From positions 1-64,000 of the IMG/VR virus record IMGVR_UViG_3300028581_000018: a stretch of 64,000 nt of DNA. One strand, 5' to 3'. Origin of the DNA: a virus. Position numbers and translations under genes: made by a program. Under the pieces are notes generated by a model. That model worked only from the letters and a program-made list of their open reading frames with translations. It was not told the DNA's origin and searched no databases. Below are positions 9,520-19,035 of the stretch, piece after piece; positions within the stretch are counted from its first letter, which is position 1; each line of letters starts with the position of its first letter.

Positions 9520-9707
9520 CAACAGAAATAGAAAATAAAGCTCAAGAGCTTATTGAAAATTATAGCCTCGAAGGTGCTATAAAACAAGCTCAACAGGTAA
9601 TATTCTTTGCAGAAGAAAATCCTTTACCTATAGCTGAAAATAAATTAAAAGTCTGGAATAAAACATTAACATATTTACTAAGTAAGCAAAATGACAGAAA
9701 CAAATAG
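9501..9707 (+). CDS. hypothetical protein
   Basis: 68-aa coupled ORF. Confidence 0.6.
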   Translation: MSNKFVTTEIENKAQELIENYSLEGAIKQAQQVIFFAEENPLPIAENKLKVWNKTLTYLLSKQNDRNK

Positions 9708-10080
9708 CTATGTTGAAAAGTTAGAGAACATATGTAAAATGCTAAATGGTCAAAAAGAAGACATAACTATCGCAATGTTTTCTTTAAAACAAGAACAAAA
9801 AAACTTACTAGAATTATTAGTCCTTTTAATAAAGCTTAGAGGTATTAAACTAGAATGTGACCAGGTAAATTTTAGTCTAATAGCACAAATTATGAATGAC
9901 CAGCTGAGTATAAACAGTTATACTAAAGCTTTTCATTTAGTATATGATGATGATTCTCTTTATCTATTGATGCATGAAACTATAAGAAATGCAACAACTA
10001 GAATTAATTATGAAATACTAAATAGTTGTTCAGATGTAAAAAAAGTCAAAATACAATTTCAAATCGTAGACAATGAATAG
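9691..10080 (+). CDS. hypothetical protein
   Basis: 129-aa coupled ORF. Confidence 0.65.
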   Translation: MTETNSYVEKLENICKMLNGQKEDITIAMFSLKQEQKNLLELLVLLIKLRGIKLECDQVNFSLIAQIMNDQLSINSYTKAFHLVYDDDSLYLLMHETIRNATTRINYEILNSCSDVKKVKIQFQIVDNE

Positions 10081-10290
10081 ACATGAAACACTAGCAAAGG
10101 CTGTTAAAAACCTTATGCTAAAAGAACCATTTTATGGCATATTTGCTCTTAGTTTAAACAAAGAGTTTTCTGATGTTGTACCCACAGCAGGTGTAGCAAA
10201 AATGGGTATTAACTACAAGTTAGCTATTAACCCAACATTCTGGGATAGCTTGGAAATGAATGTAAAAGAAGGAGTACTTCAACACGAGCT
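10073..10290 (+). CDS. HExxH metallopeptidase-vWA protein (DUF2201-like), exon 1
   Basis: EPFYG...VPTAGV...INPTFW...LQHEL; splicing restores HELLH; spliced gene 10073-10290+11395-12175+13139-13327 = 395 aa. Confidence 0.85.
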
Positions 10291-11394
10291 CAATGTAAGG
10301 GCTCCTCGTATAGGAATATACGTGTAAAATATCTTAAATTGACGGGAACCGCCTTAGAGCTTTGTGCACCAAACATGAGTAGTGATACATTATGTGGCCA
10401 GAATAATTACCTGGGTATGGTAAAAGAAACAAAGATTGGCAAATCCGCAGCGAAATTTTTTGGTTTTATCAATTATTTTTGGTATATTATAACATATATA
10501 TTTACATATGCTAAACCCAGAAATAAAAGAACAGATTGTTAAGGAGTATGTTACCTTTAAAAAATCAGCATATACGATAGCTAAGATGTTAAACATCAAT
10601 ATAAAATCCGTATATAGAACGCTAAAAGCAAAAGGAAAATCTTCAAGAACAATGTCACAAGCAGCAATGAGATACACAGACAATACATCTTTTTTCAACA
10701 ATATAAATTGTGAAAAAAAAGCTTATTGGTTGGGTGTATTATATGCTGACGGTAATGTTTCAACTATTAAAAAAGGTTCGGGACAAGTATTTTTAACATC
10801 TTCAGACAAAGAATGGGTAGAAAGTTTTTTAAAAGATTTAGACTCAAACAGAATGTGTCATAAAGAAACACATAACAAGTTTAAATCTGTCATATGGAAA
10901 GCTCAAATTACCTCAAATGAAATGCACCAAGCTTTAGTAAAGTTAGGTTGCGTTCCTAAAAAGTCTTTAGTTATAAGATTGCCTTTATTGTCTTCAAGAC
11001 TTATGCCTCACTTTATCCGAGGATATTTTGATGGAGACGGTAGTGTAGGTGCTTATAAAAACATTCAATCTTCTGAATGGAAAATACTCAAAAGTAGTAT
11101 CTGTTCGGGCTCTGAAGAGTTTATAAAAGATATTCTTAAAATATTACCTGTGAAAAACAAAAAATATAGTTATAAAGGAGTCTACATATTACAGCTTTCT
11201 TTACATGATACACTGAGATTATACAATTACATGTATAACGACGCTACAGTATACTTAGAGAGAAAGAAAAAAGTATTTGATGACTATTTTAAAATCTATA
11301 TTCCAAAAAAGACGTTCAACGACTACAATAGATTACCCAAATAAGGGTAAAGGTATAGTCTGATCTCATATGAAAGTATGAGTTAACACAAATG
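10291..11394 (+). mobile_element. group I intron 1 (in the HExxH motif)
   Basis: P1 gagcU/Ggctc with U-G wobble; P aattgacgggaa, Q aatccgcagc, R gttcaacgacta, S aaggtatagtct; terminal G 11394; frame restored. Confidence 0.9.
10508..11344 (+). CDS. intron-encoded LAGLIDADG homing endonuclease (N-terminal HTH)
   Basis: KAYWLGVLYADG and HFIRGYFDGDG motifs; lies between Q and R (P6). Confidence 0.92.
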   Translation: MLNPEIKEQIVKEYVTFKKSAYTIAKMLNINIKSVYRTLKAKGKSSRTMSQAAMRYTDNTSFFNNINCEKKAYWLGVLYADGNVSTIKKGSGQVFLTSSDKEWVESFLKDLDSNRMCHKETHNKFKSVIWKAQITSNEMHQALVKLGCVPKKSLVIRLPLLSSRLMPHFIRGYFDGDGSVGAYKNIQSSEWKILKSSICSGSEEFIKDILKILPVKNKKYSYKGVYILQLSLHDTLRLYNYMYNDATVYLERKKKVFDDYFKIYIPKKTFNDYNRLPK

Positions 11395-12175
11395 ATTACA
11401 CATAGCATTCTTTCATCTCTATTTGCAAGATGCATATAATGATAAAGAACTATTTAATGTGGCTGCTGACATGGAGGTAAATCAGTACATTGAACGTGAG
11501 AATCTTCCAGAAGAGGGCATTTTCATAGAAAATTATCGAGAGCTTAATCTTGATAAGAAAGCCGGTAGTGATTACTATTACAAAGCTCTTCAAAAAGCTC
11601 AAGATCAAAAAGATAAAAAGGGCACATGTGGTTGTGGAGCAATGGATGATCTTCTTGACAAAATTAGAAATGGTGAACCATTACCTTGTGATCATCCTAA
11701 CTGGAAAGATTTTGAAGGATTAACAGATGCTGAAAAGCAACTACTCAAAAGGCAAACTACACATTTAATTAAAGATGTACAAAATGCTCTAAAAGGTAGA
11801 GGTACAATGCCTGGTGAAATTGCAGAGCTTATTGAAATGATGAAAGATATACCGCCAAAATTTGACTGGCGCCAATATCTTCGTCGTTTTACTGGTGGCT
11901 CCATTATTCCTTACACTAAAAAACTAAGACGTAAATACAACAAACGCTATGAAGACAATCCAGGTTTAAAGATTAAATACCACAAACATCTATTAGTAGC
12001 TATTGACACATCTGGTTCTGTTAATACAAGTGAGCTCAAAGAATTTGTAAACGAGCTTGTTCACATTCACAAAACCGGTGGTCAAATTACTGTTGCACAA
12101 ACAGACACCGCTATTTCTAAAATGGAAAAATTTAATCCTCGAGAGATTGAATATAAAATTCATGGTCGTGGAGGT
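11395..12175 (+). CDS. HExxH metallopeptidase-vWA protein, exon 2
   Basis: LHIAFFH, NVAADMEVNQ, DWRQYL, MIDAS motif VAIDTSGS, ends HGRGG. Confidence 0.88.
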
Positions 12176-13138
12176 AAAATTGGTGCCTCCCTATACAGTA
12201 ATGTATAGAAAAAAATGCTGTAAATTGCGGGAAGTTGCTTAGAGCTTTCATTACCAACTATATATGGTGACATGATATAGGGCTGAAGTAATTACTCAGA
12301 TATGGTAAAAAGATGAAAGATTGCATAATCCGCAGCAAAATCTCTTGTATATAAATATAAATTTCGTATATTGGTTGTATAACAATACCACAATGAAACG
12401 AATTTATAATGTAAACGATGATTATTTTGAGACTATTAATTGTGAACAAAAAGCTTACTGGTTAGGTTTTTTGTGTGCTGATGGCTGGATTAACAAACGT
12501 TCTACTGGACAAGATCGTTTAGTTTTAGATATTTCAATAAAAGACAAAGAACACTTATATATATATAAGAAAGATCTTAGTTTTGAGGGAAATATTAAAG
12601 ACTACATAATAAAGTCTGGAGAATTTAAAGGTTATCAGCATAGTTCTGTATCAATAACTTCACAAAAACTAGTTGATTCATTATCAAAATATGGTTGTAC
12701 ACCAAATAAATCATTGACTCTTACATTTCCAGATATACCTATAAAATGGATAAACCATTTTGTTAGAGGATATTTTGATGGAGATGGTAGTGTATTTATT
12801 TCAAATGAAAAACATTGGAGAAGTAAAAAAATTTCACCGGTAATTCATTATAGATTTATTGGAACTAAAAAGTTTCTTAACGATATAAATACACATATTG
12901 GTCTTGATGGTTATATTTCACAACCTAAAGGTAAAGCTTACGAACTAGCTTATAAAAGGAACAAAAAGTTAATTCCTTTTTATATTTACCTGTATACAAA
13001 TGCTACTGTTTATTTAAAACGTAAACAAGAAATTTTTTCTTCTCATATACAAGAGAGATGTTCAGAGACTATAATCAGCCAACTTAATAAAGTTGAAGGG
13101 ATAGTCCGAGTATAAATGAAAGTTTATACAGAAAATCG
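12176..13138 (+). mobile_element. group I intron 2 (in vWA GG/TDF)
   Basis: P1 ggaggU/Gcctcc; P aattgcgggaa, Q aatccgcagc, R gttcagagacta, S aagggatagtcc; omega-G 13138; 12-bp stem tctcttgtatat/atatacaagaga closes the ORF. Confidence 0.9.
12393..13115 (+). CDS. intron-encoded LAGLIDADG homing endonuclease
   Basis: KAYWLGFLCADG and HFVRGYFDGDG; ATG 12393 preferred over TTG 12321. Confidence 0.92.
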   Translation: MKRIYNVNDDYFETINCEQKAYWLGFLCADGWINKRSTGQDRLVLDISIKDKEHLYIYKKDLSFEGNIKDYIIKSGEFKGYQHSSVSITSQKLVDSLSKYGCTPNKSLTLTFPDIPIKWINHFVRGYFDGDGSVFISNEKHWRSKKISPVIHYRFIGTKKFLNDINTHIGLDGYISQPKGKAYELAYKRNKKLIPFYIYLYTNATVYLKRKQEIFSSHIQERCSETIISQLNKVEGIVRV

Positions 13139-13327
13139 ACAGATTTTCAACCAGTAATAGATTATTATAGAGAAAACCTTAAAAAGTACACAGCGCTAAT
13201 CTTCTTTACTGATGGTGAAGCGCCAACCCCACAAGATGCAGCAGGTAAAATCTTATGGGTGTTATCATCAAGTTCAAGAGACTGTGACCATTTACCTGGA
13301 CAAACTGTTAAACTAGAAACAAAATAA
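13139..13327 (+). CDS. HExxH metallopeptidase-vWA protein, exon 3
   Basis: TDFQPVIDY...LIFFTDGEAPTP...ILWVLS completes the vWA domain; absent from the ORF track because it has no start codon. Confidence 0.88.
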   Translation, partial: TDFQPVIDYYRENLKKYTALIFFTDGEAPTPQDAAGKILWVLSSSSRDCDHLPGQTVKLETK

Positions 13328-13338
13328 TTTAAACAAAC

Positions 13339-13469
13339 ATGAACAACGTAGTAAAACTAAATCTTGACGAGCTAAAAGACTTTTTACGTCACATTGTAGT
13401 AAATAATCAACATATTCAAAAAGAAGGAAAGATTCCTGTAGCAGTAAATATTGAAGGCGAAGCGGGGCT
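13339..13469 (+). CDS. MoxR-like AAA+ ATPase, exon 1
   Basis: MNNVVKLNLDELK...VAVNIEGEAGL; splicing restores Walker A GEAGLGKT; spliced 13339-13469+14557-14851+15900-16649 = 391 aa. Confidence 0.85.
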
Positions 13470-13487
13470 TAATTCAAAATAAATGTA

Positions 13488-13495
13488 TATCTTTG
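13488..13495 (+). promoter_or_regulatory. intron-internal TAnnTTTG promoter for the endonuclease gene
   Basis: TATCTTTG 4 nt before ATG 13500. Confidence 0.55.
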
Positions 13496-13499
13496 TAAC

Positions 13500-14270
13500 A
13501 TGAAGAAGTTACTTTCGGAGTGTTTACACAAAGACTTAAACCAAAAGTGTGGTATTTACAAAATTACTTGTAATGAACACAGTTATATTGGAAACAGTAT
13601 TAATATTTATTATAGGCTAAAAAGACATATATCTGATTTGTTAAAAAACAAACATGCAAATAGATATATGCAAAATGCTTTTAATAAATATGGAAAGGAT
13701 AGTTTTGAGTTTGATATAATAGAAGAATGTAGTAAAACAGTTTTAATTAAAACTGAAGCTTATTATATACAATCTATGAATCCAGATTTAAACCTAATTC
13801 AAGATCCTGTTGTAGTTATACATAGTAATGAAACATTACTTAAAATTTCTACAACATTGAAAGAAGCATATGCTTCTAAAAGAATTAAGAATCCTATATC
13901 AAAAACTGTTCATCAATATAATATAAATGGTTTTTACCTTAAATCTTATGAATCTTGTACTGAAGCAGAAAAACAATTAGACTTGCCAAAAGGTAAAGTT
14001 TCAAAAGTTGCTTCAGGAAAAGGTTTTTCTTGCGGAAACTATAGATGGTGTTATGAAAAAAAAATTAAACTAGAAAAATCCAATATTACACATAAAGGAA
14101 ATAAGATAGTTTATGCATATAATCATAACAACATATTAGTTGGAGAATGGAAAAGTATTAATGATGTATGTCATCACTTAAAACTAAGTCATTCAGCAAT
14201 GTCAATAAGAATAAAAAAAGGTAATTACTATAACGGTTTAAAATATACATTTAACCCAGGTTCCGGGTAA
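13500..14270 (+). CDS. intron-encoded GIY-YIG homing endonuclease with NUMOD1-like repeats
   Basis: CGIYKI...SYIGNS...RLKRH; VHQYNING..LKSYES..EAEK. Confidence 0.92.
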   Translation: MKKLLSECLHKDLNQKCGIYKITCNEHSYIGNSINIYYRLKRHISDLLKNKHANRYMQNAFNKYGKDSFEFDIIEECSKTVLIKTEAYYIQSMNPDLNLIQDPVVVIHSNETLLKISTTLKEAYASKRIKNPISKTVHQYNINGFYLKSYESCTEAEKQLDLPKGKVSKVASGKGFSCGNYRWCYEKKIKLEKSNITHKGNKIVYAYNHNNILVGEWKSINDVCHHLKLSHSAMSIRIKKGNYYNGLKYTFNPGSG

Positions 14271-14556
14271 AAATTGGGTGAATTGCTGGAAGTTCCTAAA
14301 GCTTTGTTAGCTACAACATAACTGGAAACGGTAAGTGTGAATGCTTGAAAATAACAAAGATTTCCTAATGGATAATCAGCAGCCAAGTCTAGACCTAAAT
14401 GGTCTGGAAAGGTTCAACGACTAGGTATTGAAACTATAGAAATATAGAATATAATATACCCAAGAGTGCCCAACACCAAATAATTGGTGAAGATATAGTC
14501 TGAACTATAGTGAAAGCTATAGAAACAAGGATAAAGAGCCTTGTGATAACAAAATG

Positions 14557-14851
14557 TGGTAAGACATCATCTTTACTGCAGTTAGCTGAAGAGCTAAATA
14601 TGCAAATTGTAAAATTATCACTATCTCAGATTGAAGAGCTTGGTGACCTTGTTGGTTTTCCAGTTAAAGAATTTGAGATGGTAAAAGATGACGGTAAAAA
14701 AGTTTGGATTCAGGATGCAGTAATGCCTATGTATATTCAAGCAAAATACAAACCCACGGGAGAAAAGCGTATGACTCACGCTGCTCCAGAGTGGATTCAA
14801 GGTCGCGGTGAAGGCGGCTTCTTAATACTCGATGATTACACGAGGGCGGAT
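14557..14851 (+). CDS. MoxR-like AAA+ ATPase, exon 2
   Basis: GKTS, LSQIEELGDLVGFP, Walker B FLILDD, YTRAD. Confidence 0.88.
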
Positions 14852-14873
14852 TAACAAAATATGCAGTCTAGTA

Positions 14874-14903
14874 TTGTTTGTGTGAATGTTTCTATTATCT
14901 TTG
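14874..14903 (+). promoter_or_regulatory. intron-internal Flavobacterium-type promoter TTG-N19-TAnnTTTG
   Basis: TTG 14874-76, 19-nt spacer, TATCTTTG 14896-14903, ATG at 14908. Confidence 0.65.
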
Positions 14904-14907
14904 TAAT

Positions 14908-15657
14908 ATGAAAACATTAACCACAGACAGCATCAAGATTGCATTAAATCGTGTAGGAATCTATAAAATTAAAATTAGTGATAAAGAATACATTGGTAGT
15001 TCTTGTAATATTGGTAGTCGTTTAAAACATCATTTGTGGTCTCTTCAACATTTAAAACATCATAACAGAACAATGCAAAACTTATTCAATAAGTATGGTA
15101 TTAATAATATCTACTTTGAGATTATAGAAGAATGTTCTGAAGAAGTTCTTATTGAAAGAGAAGCTTTTTATATTGAAACACTTAATCCTTATATAAATCA
15201 TATACTTGACCCTCAAAGTTTAGTAAGAGATGACGTATACAGAAAAAGAATAAGTGAATCTAGAAAAAAAGCTTATGCAAATGGTTTAAAACCACATAAT
15301 CTTAAAGCAGTTCATAAGTATTCGCTTGATAAAGGTGAGTATTTAGAAAGTTTTGAGTCTCTTACAGCTGCTGCTAAGTCTATTAATGCTAAGAGTATTA
15401 ATAGTATAAAAGCCGTATGTAATGGAAAACAAACTTCTGCGGGTGGTTATATTTGGTCTTATAATAAAGTTTCTTTAGTATTTTCTAAAGATAAAAAATA
15501 TAAGCTGCAGCCAGTATTACAATATACTATTGATGATATTTTTATCAAGAAATGGGAATCTATAAAACAAGCAAGTAAAGAACTTGGTATCTCTAATATA
15601 AATAGAGCAATATCTAAGAACTTAACTGCAGGTGGTTATAGATGGAAAAAAGCATAA
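14908..15657 (+). CDS. intron-encoded GIY-YIG homing endonuclease with two NUMOD1-like repeats
   Basis: VGIYKI...EYIGSS...RLKHH; AGGYIW / AGGYRW repeats. Confidence 0.92.
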   Translation: MKTLTTDSIKIALNRVGIYKIKISDKEYIGSSCNIGSRLKHHLWSLQHLKHHNRTMQNLFNKYGINNIYFEIIEECSEEVLIEREAFYIETLNPYINHILDPQSLVRDDVYRKRISESRKKAYANGLKPHNLKAVHKYSLDKGEYLESFESLTAAAKSINAKSINSIKAVCNGKQTSAGGYIWSYNKVSLVFSKDKKYKLQPVLQYTIDDIFIKKWESIKQASKELGISNINRAISKNLTAGGYRWKKA

Positions 15658-15899
15658 AGTGGTAGGTTCGCCATAAATCATGTGAACTCAGGGGATATCC
15701 AGAGATGGGCAATCCTGAGCCAAGCCTTATAGGGATATAAGGAAGGTGCAACGACTAGTGTATGGAGTCTAGAACAGACAGTAAAACACCACGAGCGCAT
15801 GACACATATAAATATGTGAAGATATAGTCTGAACTGTGTGTATAATCTAAAACAAAGACACAGAACTACAAGATAAAGAACTTGTAGGATAACATAATG

Positions 15900-16649
15900 C
15901 ACCGCTTTATGCAAGCTTGTATGGAGATCATTGACCGGCAAGAGTATATTTCTTGGCGTCTACCAAAGAACTGGCATGTTGTTCTTACAACCAACCCAGA
16001 CAATGGTAACTATCAAGTTACATCTCTTGACAATGCTCAAAAGACTCGATTCATCACTGTTGAAACTAAATTTGACATTGAAGTATGGGCTCGCTGGGCA
16101 GAGAAAGTAAACATTGATACTCGTTGTATCAACTTTCTATTGTTAAATCCAGAGTTAGTAACTGACAAACTAAATCCTCGTAGTATTACTACATTCTTCA
16201 ACTCAATCTCATGTCTTGAATCATTTGATGATTCATTACCGCTAATTCAAATGATTGGTGAAGGTTCTGTTGGTAACGAATTTGCTAGCATGTTTAGCAT
16301 GTTTATTAACAACAAACTGGATAAGTTGCTTTCTCCAAAAGAAATCTTTACAAAAGATATGGGTTATATATTAGGTGCTATTCGCTCTAATGTTGGTCGC
16401 GGCGATAATTACCGCGCAGACATTGCTAGTGTAATGGGTACTCGTATTGTAAACTATTCTTTGATGAAAGCAGAAGAAGGCCCTATCTCTCCAGATATGA
16501 TTTCAAGAATCATAGCTCTAACAACAGATGAGGAACTCTTCACAAAGGATATTAAGTATTTCATTGTTCGCGCGCTAATTGCTGGCAACAAACAGAAATT
16601 CCAGAAAATCCTTACTAATCCAGAATTAGTGAAGATGACTGCAAGCTAA
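15900..16649 (+). CDS. MoxR-like AAA+ ATPase, exon 3
   Basis: HRFMQACME, LTTNP (sensor 1), LDNAQKTRF (Arg finger), NPRS. Confidence 0.88.
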   Translation, partial: HRFMQACMEIIDRQEYISWRLPKNWHVVLTTNPDNGNYQVTSLDNAQKTRFITVETKFDIEVWARWAEKVNIDTRCINFLLLNPELVTDKLNPRSITTFFNSISCLESFDDSLPLIQMIGEGSVGNEFASMFSMFINNKLDKLLSPKEIFTKDMGYILGAIRSNVGRGDNYRADIASVMGTRIVNYSLMKAEEGPISPDMISRIIALTTDEELFTKDIKYFIVRALIAGNKQKFQKILTNPELVKMTAS

Positions 16650-16710
16650 TACAGCTTCCAGTCTTTTAAAATGCTAGTAAGCACAAAGAAGTAATTAATC
16701 ATGTTTAACC

Positions 16711-16741
16711 AAGCGGGGTAGTTGTTTGCTACCCCGCTTTT
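16711..16741 (+). terminator. Rho-independent terminator
   Basis: aagcggggtag/ctaccccgctt 11-bp stem followed by Ts. Confidence 0.85.
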
Positions 16742-16757
16742 AATTATCATCAATATT

Positions 16758-17993
16758 ATGAAACCAAATGCCATAAACGCGTCGCTAAGAATAAGTTATG
16801 AAAATGGTATAACAGAATTTGAATGCCTCGGCCCCGCAATAACTCAAAATAGCGAAATAGATTTATATTCTTTATTTCAAGACACTATTCAATTGTCTAA
16901 ATTTGATACTAGTAACTGCCCTAAAATTTTCATAGGCAAAAGCTGTAAAATTCCTAGAGCTAAATTGGGCTCCCTTAAAGACAACAAAGTTCTAGAAGTT
17001 AAAAGAAACATTAAAGACTGTGAATATTTAGTAATCAATGTAAAAAGTATTGTTTCTAATAATATAGAGCATGACTATTACTCATTTATAGTTGATATCA
17101 GTGAGCTACATAACATTATTAAGTTTGAGCTTAGTCATAGAACCTATAACCAAGACGTTGCAGATAACATTAAAAACGAGTTTGCTAAAATACTAGATTG
17201 TTGCAAAACATATGGTATTACTAAAATACGTTTAGCTAGATTAACCCATGACACCAGAAGAATACTTATATATAAAGATTCAAAAAACAAATACTATGAT
17301 AAACTGCAGCCAGAAGGTTATACTAAACAAAGGTTCATTAACACTTTTAATTTTCTAAATCATCCAGATAGAAAATTTGACAGTGATGGTGATGTTGAAG
17401 ACTATGATAATTCTTTTAATGTAATTCTATTTAGCAATCCCGAAATAGAAGCTCTTTTAAGCAATAATATGAAAATAATAGATTCTTCTGAAATAACTAA
17501 ACTAATAAATACTACACTTATTGATGAAGAACTATTTGAGAATATATCTAACATGTTAGAGAGTAATGATTATAGTAACGTTGATACTGCATTAGAACTA
17601 ATGGCATCTTGTGATTTTGAAGAGTCTATGTTCTACATAGTAATGCTGTTAGATTTGCACTATTATAATATAAGCAATTCAAGTTATTTCAAGCATGTTA
17701 ATTTTCAATCTTTGATACAATATGTAAAAAGTATTTTATTAATTGGTAACGTAGATACTCCAAATAGATTTAAACGAATTATGGGTGGTCAAAGTACAAT
17801 GGAAAGCCACGCAAATGAACTTCTTCAAAAAGGCTATATGTTTCCTGAACATAAATCATTTATCAAGAAACATATGTTCCCTCATCATGATGTAAATTGT
17901 GAATTTATCAGAGCTGAATTTCATATTTCAGAAAGCGTGCTAGATAAAATGGATAAAAACTTAGAAGCTAAACAAAATAATACCGAAGAATAA
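16758..17993 (+). CDS. hypothetical protein
   Basis: ORF track 16722-17993; ATG 16758 lies beyond the terminator. Confidence 0.75.
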   Translation: MKPNAINASLRISYENGITEFECLGPAITQNSEIDLYSLFQDTIQLSKFDTSNCPKIFIGKSCKIPRAKLGSLKDNKVLEVKRNIKDCEYLVINVKSIVSNNIEHDYYSFIVDISELHNIIKFELSHRTYNQDVADNIKNEFAKILDCCKTYGITKIRLARLTHDTRRILIYKDSKNKYYDKLQPEGYTKQRFINTFNFLNHPDRKFDSDGDVEDYDNSFNVILFSNPEIEALLSNNMKIIDSSEITKLINTTLIDEELFENISNMLESNDYSNVDTALELMASCDFEESMFYIVMLLDLHYYNISNSSYFKHVNFQSLIQYVKSILLIGNVDTPNRFKRIMGGQSTMESHANELLQKGYMFPEHKSFIKKHMFPHHDVNCEFIRAEFHISESVLDKMDKNLEAKQNNTEE

Positions 17994-19030
17994 TGGAATT
18001 TGACTCACTAAAACTAGAAGGAGATTTTTACTCAAAAGATTTTTACTTTAGCTATTCATCACTGAATAAGCTACTATATTCGCCAGCGGCGTTCTATAAA
18101 CATTACGTGTTACAAGAAAGAGAAGATAAAGTAGAGTCTTATCTTATTACTGGTAAAGTTATTCATACTTTGATTCTTGATAAAGGACGATTTGATGAGT
18201 TCTTTGTTGTGGTACCCACAAATTTACCCGGCGACAGCATTCGTAAAATTGTAGACCACATCTTTAAGAACCACTTTTTGATACAAGACAACTATGACAA
18301 AAACTTAGAAGACTTTGATACTGAGATACTTGCATACATGCAAGAAATTAATTTGTACCAAAGTTTGGTTGATGACAAAAAAGATGTAACTTTGACTGGA
18401 GATGCAAAGCGTCTCGAGAAGATTCTCAACGACCAATCCAAACAATACTTTTCATACCTCAAATCAAGCTTAGGTAAAGATTTAATCGACGAGGAGACAT
18501 TGAAAATTTGTGAAGAGGCAGTGGTGGCTGTAAAAGAAAACAAGAAAGCTTGGAGTCTTTTAAACACCGGAGCACAGTTTGAGTTACAAGAAGTTTACAA
18601 TGAGATGTTTATATCTAGGGATTATAGGGCCCAGTATCCTTTTGGCTTAAAAGGTATACTGGACAACATAACCATAGACCATGCTAATAAGACAATCACA
18701 ATCTGTGATCTTAAGACTAGCAGTAAAACACTCTCAGAGTTTCCGCAAACAGTAGAGTTCTACAATTATTGGTTACAAGCAGCAATATACACCCGCATCG
18801 TATTTGATGAGTTTATTCTCAGCAAACCAGATGGTGAAAAATGGAAGATTAACTTTCATTTTGTAGTGGTTGATAAGTTCAACAATTGCTATGTGTTTGA
18901 TGTCCAAGAAGAAACTCTTATTAGTTGGCAGAACCGGTTAACCGACGTACTTAAACAAGCAAGTTATCATTACTCTAATCGCTCATTTAATCTCCCCTAT
19001 GAGTTCTTAGTTGGTAATGTAAAACTTTAA
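17993..19030 (+). CDS. PD-(D/E)XK exonuclease (DUF3799/RecE-like)
   Basis: FSYSSL, GKVIH, KGILD...ICDLKT, YWLQAAIY. Confidence 0.85.
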   Translation: MEFDSLKLEGDFYSKDFYFSYSSLNKLLYSPAAFYKHYVLQEREDKVESYLITGKVIHTLILDKGRFDEFFVVVPTNLPGDSIRKIVDHIFKNHFLIQDNYDKNLEDFDTEILAYMQEINLYQSLVDDKKDVTLTGDAKRLEKILNDQSKQYFSYLKSSLGKDLIDEETLKICEEAVVAVKENKKAWSLLNTGAQFELQEVYNEMFISRDYRAQYPFGLKGILDNITIDHANKTITICDLKTSSKTLSEFPQTVEFYNYWLQAAIYTRIVFDEFILSKPDGEKWKINFHFVVVDKFNNCYVFDVQEETLISWQNRLTDVLKQASYHYSNRSFNLPYEFLVGNVKL

Positions 19031-19035
19031 CCCCC

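Larger units (their letters stand above)
13470..14556 (+). mobile_element. group I intron 3 (in Walker A; ORF in the P1 loop)
   Basis: Exon cggggcU pairs with Ggttccg at ~14259-14265; P aattgctggaa, Q aatcagcagc, R gttcaacgacta, S aagatatagtct; omega-G 14556. Confidence 0.9.
14852..15899 (+). mobile_element. group I intron 4 (after Walker B; ORF in the P1 loop)
   Basis: Exon ggcggaU pairs with Gttcgcc 15666-15672; Q aatcctgagc, R gtgcaacgacta, S aagatatagtct; omega-G 15899. Confidence 0.9.

Noticed and set aside
10339-10542. 67-aa ORF, and similar short ORFs at 12057, 12258, 15678 and 21337
   Set aside because: They overlap intron ribozyme cores or real genes and have no protein-like features
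14510-14556. N-terminal MKAIETRIKSLVITKC of ORF 14510-14854
   Set aside because: It is intron P9 sequence; the true N-terminus comes from exon 13339-13469
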